The position numbers were made by a program, and so were the translations under genes. The notes under the pieces were generated by a model. The model saw only the letters and a program-made list of their open reading frames with translations. It had not been told where the DNA came from and did not search any database. This document shows, piece by piece, positions 1 to 8,942 of a DNA stretch of 64,000 nt (the stretch's first letter is position 1; every line of letters starts with the position of its first letter). Origin of the DNA: an uncultured Candidatus Binatia bacterium (GTDB lineage: Bacteria > Desulfobacterota > Binatia > Bin18); NCBI GenBank assembly GCA_965214755.1, contig OZ243979.1:2691251-2755250 (forward strand). The letters are read 5' to 3'.

Positions 1-31
1 ACGTCGTCGTCTCCTCATAGGAATCGGTCTG

Positions 32-457
32 TTGGTCACCAGCCTGCTGGCCGGCATTGGAGGGGAGCCTGTCCGGGCAGATGATCTGACTGATATCCAA
101 CGGGCATTTGAGGCGGATATCCGATTGTTCAATGGACAAGACCCGACGGCGTTCACAGCCACCGCGCACGAGAATATCGTCTTATTCGGTACCCTGTCTC
201 CCTTTGCGGTCGAAGGAAAAGCGGCCATTCAACAACTCGTGCAGGAGTATTTTACGAACCATGATTATGTCAAATGGCAGTCTGCAAATGCGAAATTCCT
301 GGTGATTGAAACGAGCGGGCTGGCGTGGGGGCATTATACCGTGCGAGAGCAGCCACGGGTTGGGCCGCGGCGCATACTGCATGGACGCTACACCTTTACC
401 TATGCCAAGGAGGAGGACAAATGGCTGGCCGTTGCATTGGATTTCTCGCCGCTGTAA
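32..457 (+). CDS. NTF2-like / SnoaL-like (DUF4440-type) small protein; possibly 5'-partial at window edge
   Basis: 141-aa ORF (TTG start in track). Clear paralog of the next gene: shared blocks FEADI/FHAEIEALN, IVL(F/Y)G..SPF..EGK.A..Q.VQEYF, WGHY. The true start may lie upstream of the window. Confidence 0.45.
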   Translation: MVTSLLAGIGGEPVRADDLTDIQRAFEADIRLFNGQDPTAFTATAHENIVLFGTLSPFAVEGKAAIQQLVQEYFTNHDYVKWQSANAKFLVIETSGLAWGHYTVREQPRVGPRRILHGRYTFTYAKEEDKWLAVALDFSPL

Positions 458-516
458 TCAGGACAAACCGGAGCCGACACAAGAACGCGATGAGCATACG
501 GTAAGGGAAACTGAGA

Positions 517-975
517 ATGGCGCCTCTCCGCATCTACTTTGTCTGCGCCTGGAGCCTGGTGCTAGGTGGGCTGTCTCCGGCCCTCGGGCAATCGGAACGC
601 GAGGCCCTCATCACCGCTTTTCATGCCGAGATTGAAGCCCTCAATAGCGGAGACCTGAACGCGGCGGTTGCCACTGTCCACGACAAAATCGTCTTGTATG
701 GGCTGTACTCGCCGTTTCCCATCGAGGGCAAGGAGGCATTCCGACAGGCTGTTCAGGAGTACTTCGATGAACAGGAACACGCCACGCTCGAAATCGTCCA
801 CCCGAGCTATCGCCTGACCGGGGCAACCGGGGTGGCGTGGGGCCATTACCAGCTCACCCGAAAACTCAAGGGCGAGCCAGTCGCTATCACGCCTGGCCAG
901 TATATGCTGACCTATGTGCGGGTCAATGGCGCATGGCTGGTGATGAGCATGCACTTTGCACCCTTACCGCAATAA
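517..975 (+). CDS. NTF2-like / SnoaL-like protein with N-terminal signal peptide (paralog of 32..457)
   Basis: 152 aa. Hydrophobic N-terminus (LRIYFVCAWSLVLGGLSPALG), then the same conserved blocks as the upstream paralog. ATG preceded by AAGGGA. Confidence 0.5.
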   Translation: MAPLRIYFVCAWSLVLGGLSPALGQSEREALITAFHAEIEALNSGDLNAAVATVHDKIVLYGLYSPFPIEGKEAFRQAVQEYFDEQEHATLEIVHPSYRLTGATGVAWGHYQLTRKLKGEPVAITPGQYMLTYVRVNGAWLVMSMHFAPLPQ

Positions 976-1028
976 ACCACGCCGAACCAAGAACCGCACC
1001 CAGATTGACACACGTCTGCCCGCAGCAG

Positions 1029-2138
1029 CTAACTCAGCCCATAAAACTGCTTCGCGCTCTCCGCTAAGACCTTGTGCTTGTTCTCATCCGAGAGCTTTTC
1101 GGCAATCATTTGAGGAGCCCCAGGAAAGAAGCCGTCCGGGTGCGGATAATCGGTGGCCCACAGAATCTTTTCCGCGCCAACATAGTCTACCAGATGGGCC
1201 AGGCTGCCCTCAACCGGTTCGTACGAGATCCAGCACTGGCGCTTGAAATACTCGCTCGGGAGCAGGGCGAGGGGCGAATCTGTGAACACCCCATGATCGT
1301 CACAGTGGCGGTCCATGCGATCCAGCCAGGGGGCAATCCAGCCACCACCCGACTCCAGAAATGCAATGCGCAACTTCGGGAAACGCTCGCACACGCCGTC
1401 CCAGATAATGCTCAAACTCGCCAGCATCATTTCCACGGTATGAGAGACAATATGGCGCGGGGCCAGCTCCTCGAAGCGGTCGGCCCCCGCCGCCGGCATC
1501 CCGCCCGTGCCTTCGTGAATGCCGATGGCAAAGTCGAGGTCTTGGGCTTCGGCCCAGAAGACATCGTAATCCTTATGACCAAGCATGCGGTCGTTATACG
1601 GGTTCGGGCGTAGAAAACCGCTCCGCATCCCCAGCTCATGCCGAGCGTAGCGCATTTCTTCGATAGCCAGTTCGATGGATTGCATGGGCAGCATGGCCAC
1701 ACCGAACAGCCGGTCAGGATAGGGCTTGCAGTAATCGGCCAGCCAGCGGTTATACGCCCGGCAGGTGGCGGCGGCGAGTTGAGGGTCTTCTATCGCGCCG
1801 GAAAAAAGGCCCAGGGTGGGATACAGAAAAACGGCGTCTATGCCGTCCAGTTCCATGTCCGGCATCCGCGCATGCGGATCGAAACCGCCTTTCCGCCCTT
1901 CGGTGTATTTAATATCGGTCGAAGCCCGGCCATCCCGCGCGCCAATAGCACCGGCAAAGCCCAATCCTTTTTGCCCTCCCAGCACGCGGCCTTCAATCCG
2001 CAGGCGTTCTTTGCCGTCCGTATCGACAATCAGTTCGGGCACGCGGTCCCGGTAGACCGGGTCAATATAGTTAGCCCAAAAATCGGGGGGCTCCAAGACG
2101 TGGCCGTCCGAATCAATAATATTATAAGCACGATTCAT
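1029..2138 (-). CDS. amidohydrolase family protein (amidohydrolase-2 / ACMSD-like TIM-barrel metal-dependent hydrolase)
   Basis: N-terminal MNRAYNIIDSDGHVLEP, typical of PF04909; ends ...ESAKQFYGL. Start moved to the internal ATG at 2138, which has GGAGGG 7 nt upstream. Paralog at 26093..27250. Confidence 0.7.
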   Translation of the reverse strand: MNRAYNIIDSDGHVLEPPDFWANYIDPVYRDRVPELIVDTDGKERLRIEGRVLGGQKGLGFAGAIGARDGRASTDIKYTEGRKGGFDPHARMPDMELDGIDAVFLYPTLGLFSGAIEDPQLAAATCRAYNRWLADYCKPYPDRLFGVAMLPMQSIELAIEEMRYARHELGMRSGFLRPNPYNDRMLGHKDYDVFWAEAQDLDFAIGIHEGTGGMPAAGADRFEELAPRHIVSHTVEMMLASLSIIWDGVCERFPKLRIAFLESGGGWIAPWLDRMDRHCDDHGVFTDSPLALLPSEYFKRQCWISYEPVEGSLAHLVDYVGAEKILWATDYPHPDGFFPGAPQMIAEKLSDENKHKVLAESAKQFYGLS

Positions 2139-2363
2139 TTGCGTTCCCTCCCTGCTCAAAAAGAGTAAACGTGTCAACATCTGCATGTCTATTGGAGGAC
2201 ACGTTTACTCTTTTCACAACGCGTTGCCTTGCCTCCTACCACCTTCTCTGGAGGGGTACAAGCTTTGCTCTCCTGTGTCGGTACGCCCATACGACTTGAA
2301 ACCTACCGGGGCAAGACATATGCTCCCGGTAATAATTTTCCTATCCATAAGGAGGAACGACTC

Positions 2364-3104
2364 ATGAGACCGCCAGAAGTTCAATCCAGTATGATGCAGT
2401 ATCCCGGCCAGGGCGATACGCCAGTCAACGCCTACCTGAGCCAGCCCACCACCGATGGGCCGCATCCCGGTGTGATCGTCATTATGGAAGCCTTTGGCTT
2501 AAACGATCATATTAAAGACGTGGCCGACCGGTTCGCCCGCGAAGGCTATATTGCCCTGGCACCGGATATGTATACGCGCGAGGGCAATCCCGACCCCACC
2601 GATATCAACGATGTGATCAAAGTGATGTTCTCCGTCCCCGACTCTCAGGCCATGGCCGACCTGGACGCTGCGGCCCAGTACATCAAGGGCCGGGATGACT
2701 CCAACGGAAAAGTTGGTGCCATCGGCTTTTGTTCCGGTGGGCGCTACACCCTGATGTTTGGCTGTACGAGTCAAAACCTTGACGCCGCGGTGGATTCCGC
2801 CGGCGGTTTTATCATTCAGGACGATTTCCCGCCGACCCGACCGACCTCTCCGATTGATATGGTCAAAGATCTGTCCTGCCCCCTGCTGGGCTTATTCGGT
2901 GAAGAGGATCCCAACCCTTCGCCCGAACACGCCGAGCGCCTCACAGAGGAACTCGACAAGCATGGCAAGACGTATGAGATGCGCATGTATCCCAACGCCG
3001 GCCACGCCTTTTTCGCCGACTATCGAGATAGCTATCGCCCGGTAGCCGCCCAGGATATGTGGCACCGCGTGCTGTTGTTCTACAACAAACATCTCAGCAA
3101 CTAG
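2364..3104 (+). CDS. dienelactone hydrolase family protein
   Basis: Start at ATG 2364 after AAGGAGG. Motifs HPGVIVIMEAFGLNDHIKDVADRFAREGYIALAPDMY and GAIGFCSGG (nucleophile elbow) fit the DLH alpha/beta-hydrolase family. Confidence 0.7.
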   Translation: MRPPEVQSSMMQYPGQGDTPVNAYLSQPTTDGPHPGVIVIMEAFGLNDHIKDVADRFAREGYIALAPDMYTREGNPDPTDINDVIKVMFSVPDSQAMADLDAAAQYIKGRDDSNGKVGAIGFCSGGRYTLMFGCTSQNLDAAVDSAGGFIIQDDFPPTRPTSPIDMVKDLSCPLLGLFGEEDPNPSPEHAERLTEELDKHGKTYEMRMYPNAGHAFFADYRDSYRPVAAQDMWHRVLLFYNKHLSN

Positions 3105-3191
3105 CCTAATTTCCCTCTGGGAGAGGGCCGGGGTGAGGGGGCCTGTGTACACCCGCCTCACCCACCAATACTCACAAAAGGAGACACACCC

Positions 3192-3686
3192 ATGGCAGTA
3201 GAAAAATTCCCCGTCGAAGCGAGTCATATCCTCATGTTTGCTCGTTCCGTGGGCGACTATAATGAGATTTATGCTGACGAAAAGTACGCCAAGACCACCG
3301 AGCCTGGGTCCATTATTGCCCCACCGACCTTTGTCCAGGCGAGTGCCCAATTTGATCCCGACTATTTTCTGCGGCCCAAACCGGGCACGCCGTGGTTCGG
3401 CTCGGGCAAAGAGCCCACGAGCATAAAAAAAGAAGGGAGCGGCGGGGGTGGAGGCGGCGGGGGCGGCCTCCACGCCGAACAGCACTATGTCTACCACCGG
3501 CATCCCAAACCGGGCGATATCCTGACCGCCACGGTAAAACCGGGCAAGAAGTGGGAGAAGCAGGGCAAGCGTTCGGGCAAGCTGCTCTTTTCCGAGACTA
3601 TTACCGAGTATCGCGACCAGAACGGCGAACTCGTTGTCACCGCCCGGAGCGTGGGAGTCCAAACCGAGCGTCCTGTGGATCAGTAG
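3192..3686 (+). CDS. MaoC-like dehydratase N-terminal (hotdog) domain protein with poly-Gly (G9) insertion
   Basis: FARSVGDYNEIYADEKYAKTTEPGSIIAPPTF is a typical N-terminal MaoC (FAS1-like/HadA-like) half. An internal GSGGGGGGGGGL run is encoded by a GGN repeat at 3431..3466. Pairs with the downstream MaoC gene like a heterodimeric hydratase. Confidence 0.6.
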   Translation: MAVEKFPVEASHILMFARSVGDYNEIYADEKYAKTTEPGSIIAPPTFVQASAQFDPDYFLRPKPGTPWFGSGKEPTSIKKEGSGGGGGGGGGLHAEQHYVYHRHPKPGDILTATVKPGKKWEKQGKRSGKLLFSETITEYRDQNGELVVTARSVGVQTERPVDQ

Positions 3687-3696
3687 GAGGGAAAAC

Positions 3697-4119
3697 ATGG
3701 CATTATCAGCGAGCACACTCAAAGTCGGGGATACCTACGAAGAACAAGTGGTCGAAGACCTCAAACGCACCCAACTCGTCCAGTACGCCGGGGCATCGGG
3801 CGACTACAATCCGGTCCATACGGACGAAATCTTCGTCACCAAAGTGGCGGGCTATCCGTCCGTCTTTGCCCACGGCATGCTGTCGATGGGCATGACCGGC
3901 AAGATGTTGACCAACTACGTCGGCGACGGCCGCCTCACCCAATACGGTGTGCGCTTTACCCGCCAGGTCTGGCCCGGCGACTCCCTGACCGCCAAAGCCA
4001 CGGTGAAAGCCATCCGTGAAGAAGAAGGCGGTCCCATCGTCGATCTGGATGTCTCGACCGTCAATCAAGACGGGGTCGAGGTCGTCAGCGGCTACGCCTC
4101 GGCGCGGGTTGATCCGTAG
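3697..4119 (+). CDS. MaoC family dehydratase / (R)-specific enoyl-CoA hydratase (hotdog fold)
   Basis: ATG at 3697 after GGAGGGAAAAC. GASGDYNPVHTDEIF...AHGMLSMGMTGKMLTNYVG is a canonical MaoC active-site region. Overlaps or abuts the upstream N-terminal-domain gene. Confidence 0.7.
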   Translation: MALSASTLKVGDTYEEQVVEDLKRTQLVQYAGASGDYNPVHTDEIFVTKVAGYPSVFAHGMLSMGMTGKMLTNYVGDGRLTQYGVRFTRQVWPGDSLTAKATVKAIREEEGGPIVDLDVSTVNQDGVEVVSGYASARVDP

Positions 4120-4204
4120 GTTTCTTCACCAAGACTTTCCATTCTGTCCTCTCCCTCTAAGCCTGTTGGGAGAGGGCGTACACAACTATCTGTGGAGATA
4201 CGTA

Positions 4205-4780
4205 ATGGAAGAGCTAACAGAAATCATTAAGGAAGCGACCGCTAGAGTTAATGAGAAATATTTTCTCCTCGACATAGATAGTGGTGATCCCATATATCGC
4301 GAACTAGTCTATTGTTACGAGCTCTATCATCAAATGCGCTGCTGGTGGCCAACAAACACGCCGTTTTACCTCAATGGTGAGGTCGATAAACGTGCTCATC
4401 CGATTCTGAAAGAATTAGAAGCGGACAATGTGAGGCCTGACTTGCTAGTTCATCGGCCCGGCTGCATGGAGTACAATCACGCAATCATTGAAGTGAAACC
4501 TTCCAAGGTCAATAAAAACAGGAGCATAGGGGAAAAAATAAAGTGTCATATACGTAAGGACTTAAAGACCTTATCAAGATTCACGAGCAAGGCTGGCTAT
4601 CAACGTGCCATCTATCTAGTCTACGGATACGAGGCTGATTCCTTTGCAGAGTACGTGGAAGAGATTGCAGCTAGGTTTGAAGAGTTGAAGCCAATCGAGT
4701 TATGGCTACACAAAAATCCTGGAAAACCAGCCGAGTGTCACATCACGCTACCGCGGCCTAACACAATCGACGGCTGCTAA
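4205..4780 (+). CDS. hypothetical protein with PD-(D/E)xK nuclease-like motif (low-GC islet)
   Basis: Marked local drop in GC. ATG at 4205. The sequence ...ELEADNVRPDLLVHRPGCMEYNHAIIEVKPSKV contains an E...PD...(E)VK arrangement typical of restriction-endonuclease-fold nucleases. No other recognisable family. Confidence 0.3.
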   Translation: MEELTEIIKEATARVNEKYFLLDIDSGDPIYRELVYCYELYHQMRCWWPTNTPFYLNGEVDKRAHPILKELEADNVRPDLLVHRPGCMEYNHAIIEVKPSKVNKNRSIGEKIKCHIRKDLKTLSRFTSKAGYQRAIYLVYGYEADSFAEYVEEIAARFEELKPIELWLHKNPGKPAECHITLPRPNTIDGC

Positions 4781-4915
4781 GCTTCGGCATTCGACGCTAA
4801 AATGCCGAGCCCTGGATATGGTCGTCACTCTTTGCCGTGCTCTTGGCCGCTACATTCCTGGCCTCGAAGCTGTGGATGTAATGTTATAGATATTCAACCA
4901 TCCATCACTGGTGGC

Positions 4916-5470
4916 TCAATTCCTTGTTGATTCATCTATACGGTTGCCGGTAAAGGAATACCCATCGGGGTTGCCAAGAAATTCAAGTTCACACCCCGAT
5001 TGGGTTCCACGCTGTATGAAGAAATTACCTAGCAACCTATCTTGCGCGATGGCATCAAAATAATAGGTGAGACAGTAGAGTAACCCATCCTGTGTATTGA
5101 TTTCCGCCCTATCGAAGAGGGCATATTCCCATTGAAGAGATGAACCCGGTAGGAAGTCTTGGACAGCAACAAGCCTTACCCCCTTCTGGTCTTCGTCATC
5201 ATATCCAGACAACATGATGTATCCCCGATTTGTCATGTTCGTTTCCATCCCGACAAGGTAATAAATCTTGTCGAGAGAGATATCTGTACCGTCTGCCGTA
5301 AATCGCCACGACCCGCTCAAGTTTCCAAGTCTCTGAATGTTTGGGATGTGTGTCGAATCCAGAATGGTAAAGCCCTGAATTGCTTCATCCCAGCCAACAA
5401 GGACAGACTCACCATTGGAAAGGGAGACCCTCCCGATGCCGTTCACGCCACGCAGAAAAGACTCTCCCAA
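4916..5470 (-). CDS. hypothetical protein (ORFan, low GC); 5' end uncertain
   Basis: Open frame continues upstream to 5557 with no ATG/GTG; only a TTG at 5470. No recognisable motifs. AT-rich relative to flanks. Confidence 0.25.
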   Translation of the reverse strand: MGESFLRGVNGIGRVSLSNGESVLVGWDEAIQGFTILDSTHIPNIQRLGNLSGSWRFTADGTDISLDKIYYLVGMETNMTNRGYIMLSGYDDEDQKGVRLVAVQDFLPGSSLQWEYALFDRAEINTQDGLLYCLTYYFDAIAQDRLLGNFFIQRGTQSGCELEFLGNPDGYSFTGNRIDESTRN

Positions 5471-5677
5471 TGTGAGGACAAAGAATGTTCGTGTCGTCTC
5501 TACCCGACCATCAACGTACCAGGTGACCGTATGCTCCCCATCGCCTAAGTTATTGTATTACAAATGAGGGTCATTTGGCCGACGCTGAACGACAGGAGTA
5601 TGAGGAGTGGGCCAAAAATTCTTCACTAAGAAGACACCACTAATCGCGGTCTTCTTGCAATTTCTGGAAAGGCCCTT

Positions 5678-5725
5678 AGTAACGGCTTGTCAAAGTAACG
5701 GCTTGTCAAAGTAACGGCTTGTCAA
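5678..5725. repeat. perfect tandem repeat, 3 x 16 bp (AGTAACGGCTTGTCAA), overlapping the vapC stop codon
   Basis: Read directly: agtaacggcttgtcaa x3 at 5678-5693, 5694-5709, 5710-5725, followed by a degenerate partial unit. Encodes the C-terminal FDKPLL* of VapC on the minus strand. Confidence 0.9.
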
Positions 5726-6071
5726 AGGTCGCTAACGGACAGCCTTCCCGCTCGGCGAGTTCAACAAAAAGCGTATCGTAGGCTGCTATATTCGCCGAAT
5801 AGGCACGGATGAGAGCGCCGTGCCATAAACTTTGTACTGGCACGGTTCGGATACCAAGCGTTACTGCCAAATCGAGTTTATGGAGCGCTTCTGGAGGGGA
5901 GAGAACTTTCGTGCGAACAGCCATCCACACAACATTCGTGAGTTCCGCTTCCCATGACGCGGGGGCTACAGGTTCTTCAATCGCACGCCAAAACGTAGCG
6001 CACTCTTGACGGAAAGGCTGAGTGCCGAGGAGAAAGTAGGCAATGACGTTCGTGTCTACAACGACTCTCAC
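5706..6071 (-). CDS. vapC: type II toxin-antitoxin system VapC family toxin (PIN domain)
   Basis: MRVVVDTNVIAYFLLG... is a PIN-domain N-terminus with conserved acidic residues. 4-bp overlap with the upstream antitoxin gene. Confidence 0.75.
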   Translation of the reverse strand: MRVVVDTNVIAYFLLGTQPFRQECATFWRAIEEPVAPASWEAELTNVVWMAVRTKVLSPPEALHKLDLAVTLGIRTVPVQSLWHGALIRAYSANIAAYDTLFVELAEREGCPLATFDKPLL

Positions 6072-6295
6072 CGCCGTCCTTCTTGAATCCAGGAATCAAT
6101 TTTCTGGGCCGAGGGTGAGCGACTCTGGGAATCCCACGAACGCTTAATCTGCTCAATTGCCGCAAGCCTGTCTCCAGCGTAGCGCTCAATCATCTCGCGG
6201 CCTTCTTGCTCCATAGAACGATGATTGCGTTGTGCGAGAAGTTTTATAGATTGGATGACTTCCGGCGAAAGGTTGCGAATCGTTAAAGCTGCCAT
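6068..6295 (-). CDS. vapB: antitoxin VapB, ribbon-helix-helix (FitA/Arc-like)
   Basis: 75 aa. MAALTIRNLSPEVIQSIKLLAQRNHRSMEQEGREMIER is a FitA-like RHH antitoxin. ATGA overlap with vapC. Confidence 0.6.
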   Translation of the reverse strand: MAALTIRNLSPEVIQSIKLLAQRNHRSMEQEGREMIERYAGDRLAAIEQIKRSWDSQSRSPSAQKIDSWIQEGRR

Positions 6296-6347
6296 GACTG
6301 CAATACGCTAGCATCCGAGTCTGTGGCAGGCAATATGGAGGAACACT

Positions 6348-7085
6348 ATGGATATGGATACCGAAGCCATCCGACAAGCCCGCATTGATCTCACGGCCAT
6401 ACTGCGCTGGGCAGACCGACTCGGGCTGAGTGAGGGCATCTGTAATCACTTCAGCCTTGTCGTCCCAGGCACGACGGAGCGGTTTCTGATTAATCCTCAG
6501 GGGCTGCATTGGTCTGAGCTGCGGACGAGCGACCTGCTCGTCGTCGACCCGGACGGGAACGTGGTCGAAGGCAAATGGCAGGTCGAGCCCACGGCGTTCT
6601 TTATCCACTCCCAGATTCACCGCGGTAACCCGTCTGCCCGGTGCGTGCTCCATACCCATATGCCGTATGCGACCGCCCTGTGCGCAATCGACGGCGGTCG
6701 TCTCGAATGGATCAGTCAGAATGCGCTGCGTTTCTATGAGCGGGTTGCGTACGAAGAGGCGTATAACGGTCTCGCCCTGGACGAGGCCGAGGGACAGCGT
6801 CTCAGGGACAAGCTGGCCGAGGGGAAGGTGGTCTTTCTCGCCAACCACGGCGTGATCGTGGCCGGGCCGGACGTGGCAACCGCGTTCGACGATTTATACT
6901 ACCTGGAGCGGGCGTGCATGGTTCAGATACTGGCCCACTCAACCGGCTTGCCACTCAAACGTATCCCTGACCAGGTGTGCCGCCACACGCGCGATCAGCT
7001 TGAAGCGGAGCGCCAACAAGCCGCCCTCCATCTGGAGGCGATCAGGCGGATGCTGAAGCGTGAAGCTCCCGCATTCCTGGAGTAA
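6348..7085 (+). CDS. class II aldolase/adducin family protein
   Basis: ICNHFSLVVPGT..., VLHTHMPYATAL (His metal ligands) and VVFLANHGVIVAGPDVATAFDDLYYLERAC are characteristic of the class II aldolase/adducin N-terminal domain. Confidence 0.7.
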   Translation: MDMDTEAIRQARIDLTAILRWADRLGLSEGICNHFSLVVPGTTERFLINPQGLHWSELRTSDLLVVDPDGNVVEGKWQVEPTAFFIHSQIHRGNPSARCVLHTHMPYATALCAIDGGRLEWISQNALRFYERVAYEEAYNGLALDEAEGQRLRDKLAEGKVVFLANHGVIVAGPDVATAFDDLYYLERACMVQILAHSTGLPLKRIPDQVCRHTRDQLEAERQQAALHLEAIRRMLKREAPAFLE

Positions 7086-7244
7086 GTTCAATACGGAGAG
7101 GTCTGAGGCGAGTCAGACAACGACACGGCCTGAATGAGTAAACATTTTAACAGCATCCCTCCCTACCCCCCTTATCAAGAGGGGTGATGGGGGTCGGTCA
7201 AGGATGACAGGCTTATCCTGATAATCCCTTAATCCTGGTGGTCT

Positions 7245-8132
7245 TTAGACGTCCAGGCGATAGCCGGCACCGTCTCGAACCAGCTTGCCGGCGGTCGGTC
7301 CGGCAAAATGGGTGCCGATGATCAGCGTCGGTGTATCCGCAAACTGCTCAAAGGTCCGCCAGCGGGTTGCCAGCGCCATATTGTTATCGATATCGAACGG
7401 CGTACAGATATTTGGGTCGTGGAACTGAATCGGGTGGTGAATGAAGTCACCGGTAATCATGGCCGCCTCGCCATTGGACTCAACCACGACTGAGCAGTGG
7501 CCAGGCGTATGACCCGGCGTCGGGATCAGTCGCACCCCTTCGCAAATCGTCGTCGGCGCGACGATCGACTTGGCCAGACCGGCGTCAAAAACCGGTTGCA
7601 TGGAATCCTCAAACACGCGGCGTTGAATAGTGAAGAAGTCCACCGCATCGGCCGGCAGACCGGCGATCATAGCGTCGTCAATCTTGCCAAACAGCTCCAA
7701 CTCTTTCTGATCCATCAGATAGGACGCCTTCGGAAACGTCGGGACCCATTTGCCGTCAACCATCTGCGTGTTCCAGCCGACATGGTCAAGATGCAGGTGG
7801 GTGCACATGACGTAGTCGATGCCGTCCGGGTCGTAACCGGCCGCCTTCATGTCGTCCAGAAACGAGGTCGAAAGATTGCTCATGATGTCCATGGGGGCGC
7901 GGTTGCGGTCGTTGCCGATGCAGGTGTCCACCACCACAGTCGCACCGGGCGTGTCCACGATCAGCGAGTGAATGCTCAGGGAGAGCGCCCCTTCAGGCGT
8001 GACGAAGTGGGGAGAGAGCCACTTGACCTGTTTCACGACCTCGGGTGTTGCGGTCGGCAGTACATCCGAAAATTCCGGATACACGATTTCCTCAACCTTC
8101 GTGATTTTGGTATCACCTATCTGCCAATGCAT
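7245..8132 (-). CDS. MBL-fold metallo-hydrolase
   Basis: Start set at ATG 8132 (GGAGGATATT upstream); the ORF-track start at 8291 gives an implausible 53-aa extension. Motif YVMCTHLHLDHVGW is the HxHxDH zinc-binding signature. Confidence 0.7.
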   Translation of the reverse strand: MHWQIGDTKITKVEEIVYPEFSDVLPTATPEVVKQVKWLSPHFVTPEGALSLSIHSLIVDTPGATVVVDTCIGNDRNRAPMDIMSNLSTSFLDDMKAAGYDPDGIDYVMCTHLHLDHVGWNTQMVDGKWVPTFPKASYLMDQKELELFGKIDDAMIAGLPADAVDFFTIQRRVFEDSMQPVFDAGLAKSIVAPTTICEGVRLIPTPGHTPGHCSVVVESNGEAAMITGDFIHHPIQFHDPNICTPFDIDNNMALATRWRTFEQFADTPTLIIGTHFAGPTAGKLVRDGAGYRLDV

Positions 8133-8232
8133 AATATCCTCCTGTTTTCTGCATTGTTCTGGCGTTTCTCTTGCCTGGTGTTGGGCCTTTTTCCCGCTCC
8201 CACTAGGAGAGCGGGCTTGCTTTGCAACTTGT

Positions 8233-8757
8233 CTATAACGGCCCGGGTCGGACCGGGTCTTTGCCGTCCCAGTTTTTGGCTGCGTTCTCAACTAGCATAA
8301 ACAAATCCCTGAAGACAGCGTTATTGTCCCACAGTTCGGTATAATGACCGATGGTGTTGACCGTGTCAAAATATACCAGTTCCGCATTGCCGACCGTGCA
8401 CTCAAACGCGGCCTCATGGCCCAGCTCTTTATACTGGGCATAGGTGGCTTTGTAGTCTTCGGGCATCAGGCCGAAATGATGGACGCCAACCCGGCCGGCG
8501 TCCAGGAACTCTTTGTAGACGGATGGCTCGTCGTTATGCTGCACAATCAGTTCGATCTGGAGGGCACCGCTATTGCCCAGGGCTAAGGTCACATCCACAT
8601 TCGAGGGATTGCCTCGGTAGCGCTGATTTCTGAGCGGACAGTGTTCAAACAGATAGAATGGTCCCACCTTCAGCACATCTACCCAGTATTTAAGCGCGGC
8701 GTCCATGTCTCTGACCACATAGGCTAACTGACGAACAGTATGCAGCGGTTGTGTCAT
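8233..8757 (-). CDS. VOC family protein (glyoxalase / bleomycin resistance / extradiol dioxygenase fold)
   Basis: Start at ATG 8757 preceded by AAGGGGGGA. VRQLAYVVRDMDAALKYWVDVLKVGPFYLFEH...GVHHFGLMPED is a VOC paired beta-alpha-beta-beta-beta module. Confidence 0.6.
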   Translation of the reverse strand: MTQPLHTVRQLAYVVRDMDAALKYWVDVLKVGPFYLFEHCPLRNQRYRGNPSNVDVTLALGNSGALQIELIVQHNDEPSVYKEFLDAGRVGVHHFGLMPEDYKATYAQYKELGHEAAFECTVGNAELVYFDTVNTIGHYTELWDNNAVFRDLFMLVENAAKNWDGKDPVRPGPL

Positions 8758-8942
8758 CTGAGTCCCCCCTTGTGTAAACATTCGATCACGGTCAGGATCA
8801 GGCGGCTGAGCCAACCGGACTGTTAGCGTCTTAGCTTACATCGGAGTGATCGACAAGGATGAGGACCCATCGGTGTGGTCAGGCGGGTGAAGAGCCCGGC
8901 TGACATGCCGAAAGCGGGTGTCAGCGTTAAGAGGAGGATTCC

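Noticed and set aside
562-3722. Numerous long antisense or overlapping ORFs in the track (e.g. 562..954 -, 1074..1613 +, 1638..2168 +, 2892..3722 -, 7497..8300 +, 9469..10464 -, 46347..46997 -, 48521..49459 -).
   Set aside because: These are typical spurious open frames of high-GC DNA lying opposite strongly supported genes. They have no RBS and no motifs, and their composition is Arg/Pro/Gly-rich.
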